Assembly: GCA_038087875.1 (NCBI GenBank)
Contig: CM075989.1
Coordinates: 22,880,001-22,944,000 of the forward strand
Length of the DNA stretch: 64,000 bases
Origin: Malacoraja senta
Lineage: Eukaryota
Reading direction: 5' to 3'
Shown here: in pieces, positions 49,448 to 61,540 of the stretch
How positions within the stretch are numbered: position 1 is the stretch's first letter
Layout: every line of letters begins with the position of its first letter
Position numbers and translations under genes: made by a program
The notes under the pieces: generated by a model
The model's database searches: none
What the model was told of the DNA's origin: nothing
The model's input: only the letters and a program-made list of their open reading frames with translations

Positions 49448-50968
49448 CTGAAAGTGAAAAAAATATAGATGTTAAATATTGCCACAACGGTTTCTTGGCA
49501 TTTCCTTCGAGTCCCTGGGGGATAGAATTGTAAAAACGCACACCTCCACATTCAGGGACAGTTTCTTCCCCGCTGTTATAGGCAACTGAATCATCCTACC
49601 ACAACCAGAGAGCAGTGTTGAACTACTATCTACATCATTGGGCAGGACTTGCTCCCTTCAGAAAGGAGATGAGGAGGAATTTATTTAACCAGAGGGTGGT
49701 GAATCTGTGAAATTCATTGCCACAGATGGCTGTGGAGGCCAAGACATTTGGGTTTTTTTTAAAGCAGAGATTTATAGGTTCATGATTAGTAAGGGCGTCA
49801 AAGGTTTTGGGGTGAAGGCAGGAGAATGGGGTTGTGAGAGAAAGATAGATCAGCCATGATTGAATGTCAGAGTAGACTTGATGGGCTGAATGGCCTAATT
49901 CTACTCCGACATCTTCTGGTCTTGTGGAAATCCAGCTAGTGAAGCTGCCTAGACAATACTGGCCCTCGTGCTCAATACAAAGGTGATGGAAGATGGTACA
50001 CAAACATTATTTCTTCCTCATACAGACACAAACTCAGCGGGACAGGCAGCATCTCTGCAGAAAAGGAACGGGTGATGTTTGGGGTCGAGACCCTTCTTCA
50101 GACTGAGCGTCAGGGGAAAGGGCAACGAGATATGGACGGTGATGTAGAGAGATGTAGAACAAATGAATGAACAATATGCAAAAAAGTGACGATGATACAG
50201 GCCACTGTTAGCTGTGGTCAGGGTGAAAACGAGAATGGCGAGAGATGGGCTGAATGGCCTAATTCACCTCGTACGTCTTAGATACAATATAGACAGTACT
50301 TGGGACACATGAACGGAAAATACGCAAAAAGCAACAATAAACAAGGAAAGGTGGAGCCCACAATGGTCCATTGTTGGCTGTGGGATAGGTGATAATGAAG
50401 GGATACAGACAGTGAAACTCAACAGGACGACAGTGAAACTAGTACGATCCACAACACAATATTCCTCCTTCAAGCATACGGCTGCCAGCCTGACGTATCA
50501 GAGACAGACACAGAACGCTGGAGTAACTCAGCGGGACAGGCAGCATCTCAGGAGAGAAGGAATGGGTGACGTTTCGGGTCGAGACCCTTCTTCAGACTTT
50601 TCAGAGACATTGAGGCAGTGCGCAGAGTGAATGAGGGAGCCAGAGGAAAGGAATTCAGCGCCTGGCTGCTGTCAGAGTAACTGTGAAGAGGAGGAGAAGC
50701 TGGCTGCCAAATCACAGCCAGCGCTGAGGATGACCTGTGAATGGGCAGGCGGGCTGTCGGAGCTGTGAGTCATTAACGGCTGAGACAAGGGAGAGCAGTC
50801 TCTGAGTCCCATCGACAATGATCTGAGCAAATCTGATCACCCATGACAGGAAGGAATATGTCTCCTCCTTGCTGCCTGCTTTGGGAAACAGCATCAATAC
50901 TCACTGCGATTCATTTTTAAAATGCAGTTACAGAACTTGTGGCCAACAAACCAAGTTTAGTTTAGTTA

Positions 50969-51470
50969 AGGGGCTGTCCCACTGCGGCGACCTAATTGGC
51001 AAGTTTAGAAGAGTTTAGGAGAATTTGAAAAAGTGTCACGTTGAAGACCTCCTTCGACTATGTTGAAGACTAGCTACGACTAACTGGGGAAAATTGGACA
51101 CTGAATAGTGGAGAGTGAAGACGACCTCCTTCGACCTCCCTTCGACTATGATGAAGACTATCTACGACTACCTTCGACTACCCTCGAATACCTACGACTA
51201 ACATGTCGACCTACTACGACCTAACCTACGAGTAAAAAAAGTATCGATTTTTTTCCATGGCGACCTTTTTTTTTACTCACGGACATTTTTCGGCATGTTG
51301 AAAAATAAGCCGCGACATAGCTGAGGCCTCGAGTACGCGGGGACTACTCTCGAGCATGAAGGAGAGTTACAAAGACCTCCAAGGACCTCGTGTCGACCAT
51401 GCTACGAGTATGAGTCGAGGGCAAACTCTTCTGAACTCGCGGATTAGGTCGCCGCAGTGGGACAGCCCCT
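50969..51470. mobile_element. Harbinger-like MITE with internal (cgacta/cgacct) arrays
   Basis: Perfect TIR aggggctgtcccactgcggcgacctaat / attaggtcgccgcagtgggacagcccct, tta TSD. Confidence 0.85.
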
Positions 51471-51999
51471 TTACAAAGTGCTGGAGTCTGTAAAGGGGCT
51501 GTCCCACTGCGGGCCTGGCAACATCTCTGGAGAAAAGGAATAGGTGATGCTTCTGGTCGGAACCCTTCTAAACCATCGAGTCTAATCACAAAGTGCTGGA
51601 AAGTGAAGAAGGGCCTCGACCCGAAACGTCACCTATTCCTTCGCTCCATAGATGCTGCCTCACCTGCTGAGCTTCTCCAGCATTTTAAACAAAGTGCTGG
51701 GGTAACTCAGCAGATCAGGCAGCATCACTGGAGAAAAGGAACGGGTGACGTTTCGGGTCAGAAGCTTTCTAAACACTTTAGTTTAGTTTAGTGATAGAGG
51801 TTGGAAGCAGACCCTTCGACCCACCGAGTCCACACCAACCAGCAATCACCCTTGCAATAGTTATACGTTGCAACAATTTACAAATGCACAGACGACACCA
51901 CTGTTATGAGCCGGATATCAAATAATGATAAGACCTCCAGTTTAAATTCCATTTGGAATAGTTTGGAGGACCAAGAAACCAAGAACCACGAACCAAAAT

Positions 52000-52640
52000 C
52001 CTTTTGCTTTCATAGCAAAAGGATTTGAGTATAGGAGCAGGGAGGTTCTGCTGCAGTTGTACAGGGTCTTGGTGAGACCACACCTGGAGTATTGCGTACA
52101 GTTTTGGTCTCCAAATCTGAGGAAGGACATTATAGCCATAGAGGGAGTACAGAGAAGGTTCACCAGACTGATTCCTGGGATGTCAGGACTTTCATATGAT
52201 GAAAGACTGGATAGACTCGTCTTATACTCGCTGGAATTTAGGAGATTGAGAGGGGATCTTATAGAAACGTACAAAATTCTTATGGGGTTGGACAGGCTAG
52301 ATGCAGGAAGTTTGTTCCCGATGTTGGGGAAGTCCAGGACAAGGGGTCACAGCTTAAGGATAAGGGGGAAATCCTTTAAGACCGAGATGAGGAAAAACAT
52401 TTTCACACAGAGAGTGGTGAATCTCTGGAACTCTCTGCCACAGAGGGTAGTTGAGGCCAGTTCATTGGCTATATTTAAGAGGGAGTTAGATGTGGCCCTT
52501 GTGGCTAAGGGGATCAGGGGGTATGGAGAGAAGGCAGGTACGGGATACTGAGTTGGATGATCAGCCATGATCATATTGAATGGCGGTGCAGGCTCGAAGG
52601 GCCGAATGGCCTACTCCTGCACCTATTTTCTATGTATCTA
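52000..52640 (+). mobile_element. Young CR1 LINE 3' fragment
   Basis: Track ORF 52057..52551 is open to the natural stop (GEKAGTGY*), followed by UTR and a (tctatg)-type tail. Confidence 0.93.
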
Positions 52641-52647
52641 TGTATCT

Positions 52648-53340
52648 AAGTACAGGAAGGAGATCGAGAACCTCATGACCTGGTGTCGAGACAACAACCT
52701 TTCTCTCAATGTCAGCAAGACAAAGGAGATCGTGGCAGACTTCAGGAAGCAAAGCGGTGCACATACCCAAGCATACATTGACGGCACTCGAGTCGAGCTT
52801 GGTTAAATATCACCAGCATCCTGGACCAGTCACATTGAAGCAATGGCCAAGAAAGCACACCAACGCCTCTACTTAACTTGGGCTAAGGAAGTTCAGCAAG
52901 TTCCCAAAAACTCTCACCAACTTCTACAGATGCGCCGTAGAGAGCATTTTATTGGGTTGCATCACAGCTTGGTTTGGGAACAGCTCCATCCAAATCAGCA
53001 AGGAATTGCAGCGGATTGTGGACAAAGCCCAGGCCATCACAAAACCCAACCTCCCTCCCTTCCATTGACTCCATCTACACCTCACGCTGCCTCGGCAAGG
53101 CCATCAGCATAATCAAGGACCAGTCTCACCCCGGCCACTCCCTCTTCTCCCCTCTCCCATCAGGCAAGAGGTACAGAAGTGTGAAAACGCTCACCTCAAG
53201 ATTCAGGGACAGTTTCTTCCCAGTTGTTATCAGGCAACTGAACCGTCCTCTCACCAGCTAGAGAGCAGTCCTGACCTCCCATCTACATCATCAGAGTCCT
53301 TCAAACTAATCAGACTTTATCTTGCAATCAACGTTATTCC
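52648..53340 (+). mobile_element. Rex1/Babar-type LINE fragment
   Basis: YRKEIENLMTWCRDNNLSLNVSKTKEIVADFRK...KKAHQRLY...SRFRDSFFP. Confidence 0.82.
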
Positions 53341-53341
53341 C

Positions 53342-53660
53342 GTTAGTTTAGTTTAGGGATACAGTGCAGAAACAGGCCCTTCGGCCCAGCGAGTCCACAC
53401 CGACCAGCGATCCCCGCACGTTAAACCTACACACACCAGGGACAATTTACACTTATACCAAGTGCACAAACCCAAGCCAATTAACCTAAAAACCTGCACG
53501 TCTTTGGAGTGTGGGAGGAAACCGAAGATCTCGGAGAAAACCCACGCGGTCACGGGGAGAACGTACAGACTCCGTACAGACAGCACCCATGGTCAGGATC
53601 GAACCAGGGACTCAGGCGCTGCAAGCGCTGTAAGGCAGCAACTCTACCGCTGCGCCACTG
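53342..53660 (-). mobile_element. V-SINE
   Basis: Full head, V-domain and tail on the minus strand. Confidence 0.85.
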
Positions 53661-54281
53661 CGGATCTGTACACTGTGGACCGGGCTTGATTGTAGTCATG
53701 TACAGTCTGCCCCCTTGTCTTAAGGCCTAATGTTGCAAAAAGAACCATGCAGGAATGAATTTCACATCAAAAGGAATTAGGAAAAGAAAATAGAGGAAAT
53801 GAGATCGACAGAAAGTTACCTAATAGCGAATTGAGAATCAATTTTACAAAGTAATCAGTTTATTTAACTTCCACATTTACAAAGAACGATCTCAGTCATC
53901 TCACACCAATTCTAACTTGTTTCATCTCAATTTTGTGTGCTTTCTCCTCCGTTTTCAAGTGTGAAATAGGATTACTCTACTTTGTGAATAAAGATTCTGC
54001 CAATTGACATGGTGTACCACGTGCATTAGTACGGGTGTCATGGGTTACGGGGAGAAGGCAGGAGAATGGAGATGACAGGGAGATAGATCAGCCACGATTG
54101 ATTGATTGACAGAGTAGACATGATGGGCCGAATGGCTAATTCTGCTCCCAGAACTCATGACGTGCTCCGCAACCGATGAGGGACAAATAGAGTTAATGTC
54201 TCTGATCCAATCCTCTGTCACAATTTTGTCTCATTAAGACTTGGATTAACAATATGGTACAGCGGTAGAGTTGCGGCCTAA

Positions 54282-54441
54282 AGGGCCTGTCCCACTTACG
54301 CGATTTTTTCGGCGACTTGCCGGCACCCGTCATAGTCGCAGCAGGTCTCTGAAAATTTTCAACATGTTGAAAATCCAGCGGTGACTAGAAAAAGGTACGA
54401 CTCTTTGGGCGACTACTCACGACCATACAGGCGTCACCCCG
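54282..54441. mobile_element. Harbinger-like MITE left half joined to a SINE head (54255-54281) and SINE tail (54442-54482)
   Basis: agcggtagagttgcggcc-taa-agggcctgtcccactt. Contains palindrome ttttcaacatgttgaaaa. Confidence 0.75.
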
Positions 54442-55129
54442 CCAAATGGCCTGTTTCCGTGCTGAATCTCTAAACTAAACTAAGATGAAGACTTAGTTTA
54501 AAGAGACTGGAATCTGGAACAAAAACCCAGACACCATGTACATTTTGCCTTCAAAGATGCTGCTTGACCCAGTGAATTATTCTCGCGATCTGGGAGGTTT
54601 ATTTTAAGATATTTAAAGCGGCATGTTAAAATGATAATGTTTCAAGCAAATTCACACTTCATAGCATTTTAAAAGGGTTGAAAGTTTCTGTAAATGCATT
54701 CACAAGTGCCACCATTTATACAAACCAGAATATTTTGCATCAGTAACGTTTTCACCCACACCTCAGGCACGGAGATACCTTTTAATTAAAAACAAACACT
54801 TGGTTCTTCACTGGGAAATGGGGCCAAGGAAAGAGCGTTCACGTCGCGGCCCTGTTTCCACCAATCTTTCCATCACCGCACACAAGAAGCGCCAAGACAG
54901 ACACCATTGTATGCAGATGCCGAGAAGTGGCTGAGCAACTTCTAATCTTGTGTGTGGACTCAATAAGAAGAAGAAGCCTGGGAAATAAGTCTTTAGCAGC
55001 AGTTTTATTCACCATTGTGAGCAGCAAAGATTCAGCTGCAACTGCTTACGTTATGTCGATGGCATTGGATCTCAGGAATAAAATGCAAGGAACACAAGTT
55101 TACTTTACTTAAGACATTGCAGATACATA

Positions 55130-55825
55130 GAAACATAGAAAATAGGTGCAGGAGTAGGTCATTCGGCCCTTCGAGCCTGCACCGCCATTCGATATGATCA
55201 TGGCTGATCATTCAACTCAGTATCCCGTACCTGCCTTCTCTCCATACCCCCTGATCCCTTTAGCCACTAGGGCCACATCTAACTCCCTCTTAAATATAGC
55301 CAATGAACTGGCCTCAACTACCTTCTGTGGCAGAGAATTCCACAGATTCATCACTCTCTGGGTAAAAAATGATTTTCTCATCTCGGTCCTAAAAGACTTC
55401 CCTCTTATCCTTAAACTGTGACCCCTAGTTCTGGACTTCCCCAACATCGGGAACAATCTTCCTGCATCTAGCCTGTCCAACCCCTTAAGAATTTTGTAAG
55501 TTTCTATAACATCCCCCCTCAATCTTCTAAATTCTAGCGTGTATACAGCGTGGAAAGAGGCCCTTCGGCCCACCAAGTCCACGCAGACCAGCGATCACCC
55601 CATACACTTGTTCCATCCGACACACTTGGGGCAATTTACTGAAGCCAATTAACCCACAAACCTGTATGTCTTTTGGAGTGCGGGAGGAAACCGGAGCACC
55701 CGGAGAAAACCCATGCAGGTCACGGGGAGAAGGTACAAACTCCCTACAGACAGCACCCGTAGTCAGGATCGAACCGGGGTCTCTGGCGCTGTGAAGCAGC
55801 AACTCTACCGCTGTGCCACCGTGCC
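55130..55825 (-). mobile_element. CR1 3' fragment (55130-55540) abutting a V-SINE (55541-55825)
   Basis: LEFRRLRGDVIETYKILKGLDRLDAG...GEKAGTGY followed by SINE motifs. Confidence 0.87.
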
Positions 55826-57571
55826 ATTCTATTTCTTCTGTAAATATCACAACCGCTAAACATTTCCCAGACACCAAAGATGGAACTAACGGTGTGAACA
55901 GCTACTCAAAGATGGCTGAAAGACTTTGTGTGGTATTTGGACTTTAAAAAAAAACACTTTATGACCGTATCACATTCTTGTGCTTGATAAATGATGGGAA
56001 AAGGACCCCACTCCTTAATAACAAAGCCATCTGATCACAAGGTTGGTTTAATTTCCGTGGATGGGATGCAAATCTACCTGGAGTAACGTTCAAAGCGAGC
56101 TTTAGCGTTCTGCTCTAGCTTTGGAGGGGTAGGGGGAGATGGAGCGTGATTTCAGGCTTGCCTTTAATCAGAGAGCAGTCTTGGGATCGGTTGTCATGCC
56201 TGTCAGATTAAACACTAAATGAACATCTCAAAATTCTGCTCACCAGTGACACATCCCTACGTGCAAAGCAGAGTGGGTAATCTGCCTGACAGGTGGAACT
56301 GAACATTTGACAGGCTAATAATGTTGCAACTATTCCGCGGCTGAATAAGAAAACACTGGCATGAATGATGATATTAAAACCGGCGTTAATAGAGGCGGAT
56401 TATAACTCACAAAGCTGGTCAAGGAAAGTGTCAAGTCAGTGGAACCTCGACTGTTGGTAAAATAATTGGGAAGGAAAATGTGTGGTAATTGTAAACAGAA
56501 GCTAAGTGTCACTTGTCAAACCAGTAACGTCTCAACTAGGCGGCTTGTGAGGAGAGGGGAGAAAAAAAAAAAAGGGGTATATATTTGAAAAAAAAAAAGA
56601 AAGCAACTCTGTTGGTCCAAAACAAGCAGCAGCTTTGAGAATAAGTACTTCAAAATGTTAAACTTTGTTATATATTCTCACGCGATCCAGGCAGGAGAAC
56701 AGGGAGCAACAAAACTATTCAGTCAATGACACTTTTCTTTTCTAAACCTGTCGGCAGAGTAGTCGGAAAGTTCCCGGCATCCATGTGGCACTTGGGCAGG
56801 CTGCCCCGGCTATTCATTATACAACTAATATCGAGAGCGCAAGCACTCAATTAGTGCGCGATAGAAAGTTACGTCGCACACAAAGCCAACCCAAGCTGAC
56901 TCTCTCTGCCCCAAGTAATATATTCCAATGGGATTACTGCAGCCGCTTGGATCCCAGTGCAGCGTTGGAGAAGAAACACTGTCAGAGCATCCGAGCCTCA
57001 CAGATAACTACCCACACTGGGGATGTGTATCCAAGCTGAAGATGGAACAACACAAAGGGAGATTTGTCTTAAAAATAAGCAAATTTCCTTAAAAGCCGCT
57101 CACTTGCTGTTGTCCTCAATAACACGATTAGCTGAAGTCACAATAAAGAACAGGCTTGCTTTTATAGAGTGTCTTTTCAGAGACTCTTTGCATTCCAACC
57201 TGCTTTGTTCCCACCAACTTACTTTCAAGTTGAATCAGTCACGGTGTGGGAAGTTGCCACTCTCCACCGCGCCACAAGACATGGGTCATTGGCAACAAAC
57301 TCACCTGCCCTTGGCTGCCATTCCCCTATAACAAGGGATATGGGGAGAAAGCAGGAAACTATACTGATTTTGGACAATCAGCCATGATCGTATTGAATGG
57401 TGGTGCTGGCTCGAAGGGCCGAATGGCCTATCCTGCACCTATTTTCTTTGTTTCTATGACTTCCCCTTCCCCCTGGGTGACACTGTGCACGGTTAGTGAA
57501 GGACTGTGGTGACGTTCACAGCCAATACTCTCAAACATGGCTAGGGCCAGACACCAGTGGATAGAAGGTGG

Positions 57572-57868
57572 CGTGGCACGGTGGCGCAGCGGTAGACTTG
57601 TTGCCTCACAGCGCCAGAGACCCGGGTTCGATGCTGTCTACGGGTGCTGTCTGTACGGAGTTTGTACATTCTCCCTGTGACCGCGTGGGTTTTCTCTGGG
57701 TGCTCCGGTTTCCTCCCACTCTTCAATGACCTGCGGGCTTGTAGGTTAATCGGGTTCTGTAAATTGTCCCGAGTGCGTTGGATAGAACTAGTGTACGGGT
57801 GATCGCTGGTCGGCATGGACTCGGTTGGCTGAAGGGTCAGTTTCCACGCTGTATCTCTAAACTGAACT
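57572..57868 (+). mobile_element. V-SINE, near full length
   Basis: Head, V-domain and tail tgtatctctaaactgaacta. Confidence 0.87.
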
Positions 57869-59297
57869 AGATGATGTTGGCAACGGAAAAATTGGAACCA
57901 GGGGTGGTGTAGATTTGGGAATTTCTCAGCTAATTCCTCTACCCAAATAACGAGAGATAAATGAGTTATTGAAATATTGTCCAATCATCAATATAACTGA
58001 AACTAAATGCCAAGTTAGCAAGACCTTCGACCTTGCTCCGATGCTAGTGATACCACCTCAACAGCCATAGCCTCAGAATGAAAGGACATACATTTAGAAA
58101 GGAGATGGCGAGGAATTTCTTTAGTCAGAGGTTGGTGAATCTGTGGGATTCATTGCCACAGACGGCTTTGGAGGCCACGTCATTGGGTATTTTTTAAAGC
58201 AGAGATTGACTGGTTCTTGATTAATAAGAATGTCAAAGGTTCTGGGGCGAAGGCATGAGAATGGGGTTGAGAGGGAAAGAAAGATCAGCCATGATCGAAT
58301 GACAGAATAGACTTGATGGGCCAAATGGCCTAATTCTTCCTCTATAACTGATGAACTTATGACACTAAACCAGAGAGCCTGATGAAAGATAGATGTGACT
58401 TTCAGAAACTGTGTACACAAAGTTATTTCAGGCACGTGCTTAGTGACATTCCTGCACTCAAGATGAATGGATTTGCCCTCGCAGTACCTTCAGAAGAAAT
58501 CTTAGACTTTGCAAGTCAAGTTGAGAAAAATGGGATTGACAGAAAGCGCCACACTAGCATCACCTCAAAGCCATTGTCTGCAAATGATTTGAATACAAAG
58601 AGGTGCAAGGTCACAACTAAATGGTTCCAGTCCATCCCAGAGACTACCCAACAACGCACAGCTCCCCTCTTTGCCTCCTCTCACAGTGCCCGACCCGACG
58701 AAGAGCAATGACGTTAATACAATTCCAATTAAGAGCATCTCAGATCTCTCTGCACGTTTCCGGGGGTTTGTTCCCACATATCACTTCTTATAACAAATTA
58801 GAAAATCAAAAGTGTTGAGTTTCTGAAAGGAGGCCGTTTGAAGTTTACTGAAAGCAGATGTCCAAGGAAGTCAAACAATTTCAAAACATTAACATACAGA
58901 GAAGCAAGGAAGATCCCTGACCTCTGTGGGCCCACGAGCATGTGTTAAAGATCTAGATCGTAAAGGAATTGTGTACTTCTTAGATATCAAACACAGGATC
59001 TTTGCAACTCCAAAGAAGTCTTGTCAAACATTGTCACATCGACTTCTCGTGGTCTTTGGTTAGAAAAAGCATTTCTGTCATTTAGTTTCCAAATATTTTA
59101 AAGAATCTGGCAATGGGGAAATTATAAAAAATAAATCACAATAACATTTCTGGTGCCTTAATCTCAAAGCTGAAGTTTAATATTATGGACTAATTCTCCG
59201 GTAATAAGATGTCTTTGCATCTGTTGCGGGAGTCATTCGTTGCGGTTGTGAGGATGATACATTCTTTGCGGTCATTCGTTGCGGTTGTGAGGATGAT

Positions 59298-60165
59298 AGT
59301 GGAAGAGGCGGCGCCTAACGGCAGCGGCTCGACTGCAATCCGTCTGTCTTTTTGTTATTTGTGTCTAGTTAAATGTAGTTGTTTGTGTTTTTTTATATTG
59401 TTTTTAACAGTGTATATGTGTGGGGGGCGGGTGGGGGGGGGAGGGGAAACGTTTAAAATCTTTTCCCTGTACGGGGGACCCAACCTTTCTCTGTCGGGTC
59501 TCCGTTGTCGTTGGGGCCTAGCACCGTGGAGCGGCCTCCAACCGGAACGACCTGGGGCTCCAGTCGCGGAGCCTGCGGACTACTCACCATCGCGGAGCTG
59601 GCCGAGTTCGGAGCGTGGAGAGCTGCGGTGACGCGCGGCTGTGACCCGACCCTGGAACTTCGGAGGCTCCAGCCGCGGGTCTGGTGGACGGTAACATCGG
59701 GAGCTCGCGGGTCCCTGGTGGGAGACCGCTTTTCGGGGCTTCCGCAACGGCAACTTCTCCCGCCCGAGTTGCGGGGTTGAAGATGACCTGGAGCGGGGTC
59801 TAACATCGCCCGGCGCGGCTTTAATGGGCGCGGGACTTGCCATCGCCCGCCGGGGGCTCCAACATCAAGACCCGGAGCGCGGCCTTGCATCGCCCGGCGC
59901 CGCTTTAATGGCCGCGGGACTTATTTTCCATCGCCCGCCGGGGGCTCTGACTCTGACATCGGGAGGAGAATGGGGAGTGCAGGGGAGAGACAAGACTTTG
60001 CCTTCCATCACAGTGAGGAGGAGATTCGCTGTGATGGATGTTTGTGTAAATTGTGTTGTGTCTTGGTTCTTTTTACTTGTTTGTATGACTGCAGAAACCA
60101 AATTTCGTTTGAACCTCATTTGAGGTTCAAATGACAATAAATGGTATTGTATTGTATTGTATTGT
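59298..60165 (+). mobile_element. Unclassified CpG-rich non-autonomous retroelement with LINE-type 3' stem-loop and (GTATT)n tail
   Basis: Ends aatttcg-tttgaacctca(tt)tgaggttcaaa-tgacaataaa-tgg(tattg)n. Internal ~60-bp duplication. Confidence 0.55.
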
Positions 60166-60824
60166 ATTATGTCCTTCTTGCAATGAGAGAAACAAACACT
60201 AGCAAGAAATGGCGCAGCGGTAGAGTTGCTGCCTCACAGCGCCAGAGTCCCGGGTTCGATCCTGACTACGGGTGCTGTCTGTACGGAGTTTGTACGTTCT
60301 CCCCGGTGACCTGCGTCGGTTGTCTCCGGTTTCCTCCCACACTCCAAAGACGTACAGGTTTGTAGGTTATTTGGCTTCGGTAAAAATTGTAAATTGTCCC
60401 ATGTGTGTTAGTGAGCGGAGATCGCTGGTCGGCATGGACTCAGTGGGCCGAAGGATCTGTTTAGGAGCGGTGCATCTCTAAACTAAACATTGAAATTTTG
60501 AAGTCTCATAAACTATAATCTCATCTACCAGTTAATTTCTCACTTAACATTAATTTTGTTGATTGATTATACAGCATAGAGAGCATTATTATATTGGTAT
60601 CAACTCAAGTAACTCCTGTATTATCTCCCTCACCCTAATGGTCCTGCTAGTTGCACTGTTCACACCCCTGTGTCCCCTTGTTATCACCTCTTCCCCAGCC
60701 AACAATGGACCATTATGGGCTCCACCCTTCATTGGTCATTTGTTGCTGGCCCTGCTTTGTTATGGCCTTTAATTCTCTCCAATTCCCGCCCCTCTACTTT
60801 CCGTCTGAAGAAAGGTTCCAACAC

Positions 60825-61022
60825 GAAACGTCACCTATCCATGTTCTCCACAGATGCTGCCTGACCCACTGAGTTACTCCAGCACTCTGTGAAACGTCAC
60901 CTATCCATGTTCTCCACAGATGCTGCCTGACCCGCTGAGTTACTCCAGCACTCTGTGAAACGTCACCTATCCATGTTCTCCACAGATGCTGCCTGACCCA
61001 CTGAGTTACTCCAGCATTCTGT
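60825..61022 (+). repeat. Three tandem 66-bp copies of the PLE pLTR 3' half
   Basis: Units start gaaacgtcacctatcc at 60825, 60891 and 60957. Confidence 0.92.
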
Positions 61023-61189
61023 GTCTACCTTCAAAATTTCAAACGATATCCAGTCCAGGGGATTAAAACGGCTCAATCAAGATCAAGGTACCTTCTTCTG
61101 AGAAAGGGTTCCAGGTGGGAGAACAAGGAGGATCAGACCACAAGTGCCAAGGACACACCAAACGCCCAACTTCAGTAGTAAAAGCATCG

Positions 61190-61540
61190 GACACGCTAGA
61201 GGCAGGAAACATGTTCCCGATGTTGGGGGAGTCCAGAACCAGGGGCCACTGTTTAAGAATAAGGGGTAAGCCATTTAGAACGGAGACGAGGAAACACTTT
61301 TTCTCACAGAGAGTGGTGAGTCTGTGGAATTCTCTGCCTCAGAGGGCGGTGGAGGCCGGTTCTCTGGATGCTTTCAAGAGAGAGCTAGATAGGGCTCTTA
61401 AAAATAGCGGAGTCAGGGGATATGGGGAGAAGGCAGGAACGGGGTACTGATTGGGGATGATCAGCCATGATCACATTGAGTGGCGGTGCTGGCTCGAAGG
61501 GCCGAATGGCCTACTCCTGCACCTATTGTCTATTGTCTAT
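61190..61540 (+). mobile_element. CR1 LINE 3' fragment
   Basis: DTLEAGNMFPMLGESRTRGH...GEKAGTGY* followed by a (tattgtc)n tail. Confidence 0.9.

Noticed and set aside
49173..49541. 122-aa ORF as a standalone C2 protein
   Set aside because: Only 49305-49447 is exon. The rest is intron and MITE read-through.
52057..52551. Intact 164-aa ORF as a possible host gene or active LINE
   Set aside because: 5'-truncated CR1 ORF2 C-terminus lacking the endonuclease and RT core.
58382..58711. 109-aa plus-strand ORF in unique sequence
   Set aside because: No recognisable domain or supporting splice structure. Length is compatible with chance.
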